Shown here: one piece after another, positions 63,658-64,000 of the stretch
Position numbering within the stretch: position 1 is the stretch's first letter
Layout of the letters: every line of letters begins with the position of its first letter
NCBI RefSeq assembly: GCF_963921235.1
Contig: NC_086108.1
Coordinates: 13,950,001-14,014,000, forward strand
Source of the DNA: Mobula hypostoma
Taxonomy: Eukaryota
Reading direction: 5' to 3'
Length of the DNA: 64,000 nucleotides
The notes under the pieces: model-generated
The model's database searches: none
Seen by the model: only the letters and a program-made list of their open reading frames with translations
What the model was told of the DNA's origin: nothing
Program-made: the position numbers and the translations under genes

Positions 63658-64000
63658 CTATCCTCTCTTTCTTTCTTTCTTTTTCAATCTTTTTATTAAT
63701 TTCATAGAATGAAAATATAACATAGCAATAATACAAATAGTAGGAGATACATTGTTACACTTAAAATGAGTAATTGTAAGACCAAATAGTATAAATTGAC
63801 AAAGCTCCCAATCATGTAGAATAGCAATACAAAGCAAACAAAAAATACAAAGCAAAAAAAACTGAAGAAAAATCATGAAAAAGAAAAAAAAATAGAAAAA
63901 AAAGCAAACCCCATCCCCCCAAAAAACTAAACAAAACAGAATTAGTCAACTAAACTAAAAGACTTGGGAAATACTAACAACTTAAAAATGGGAAAGAAGA
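63658..64000 (-). mobile_element. 3' UTR/tail of an L1/Tx1-type LINE inserted in gag (runs off the window)
   Basis: Minus strand AATAAAAAGATTGAAAAAGAAAGAAAG, like the L1 ends at 34395 and 44294. Confidence 0.7.

Overview
This is a eukaryotic, intron/intergenic-type window with no prokaryotic features. It is almost entirely nested, decayed transposable elements. The mix (CR1-dominated LINEs, HE1-like V-SINEs with CR1 tails, Rex1/Babar, RTE, L1/Tx1, Penelope-like elements) suggests a cartilaginous fish; this is inference, not a database result. Main items: (1) a full-length but inactivated L1-type element with TSD (34395-39945, -); (2) an RTE LINE with a Rex1/Babar copy inside it, itself inside a CR1 (48819-52941); (3) a solo LTR (54019-54679); (4) a defective endogenous retrovirus on the minus strand (57732-63657) that pairs class III (ERV-L/S-like) gag/pro/RT with a gamma-type env, and whose 3' LTR carries a Tigger-like transposon; (5) Penelope-like ends with minimal hammerhead ribozyme motifs, two of which form a ~380-bp-arm inverted repeat (19994-20777). 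A few unique islands have splice-site-bounded open frames on the minus strand (19070-19363, ~8953-9020, 6733-6913). They may be exons of a host gene and weakly resemble dynein heavy chain AAA5 and downstream motifs; this is unconfirmed. Most ORFs in the supplied track are TE fragments or their antisense shadows. Boundaries without a TSD are approximate.
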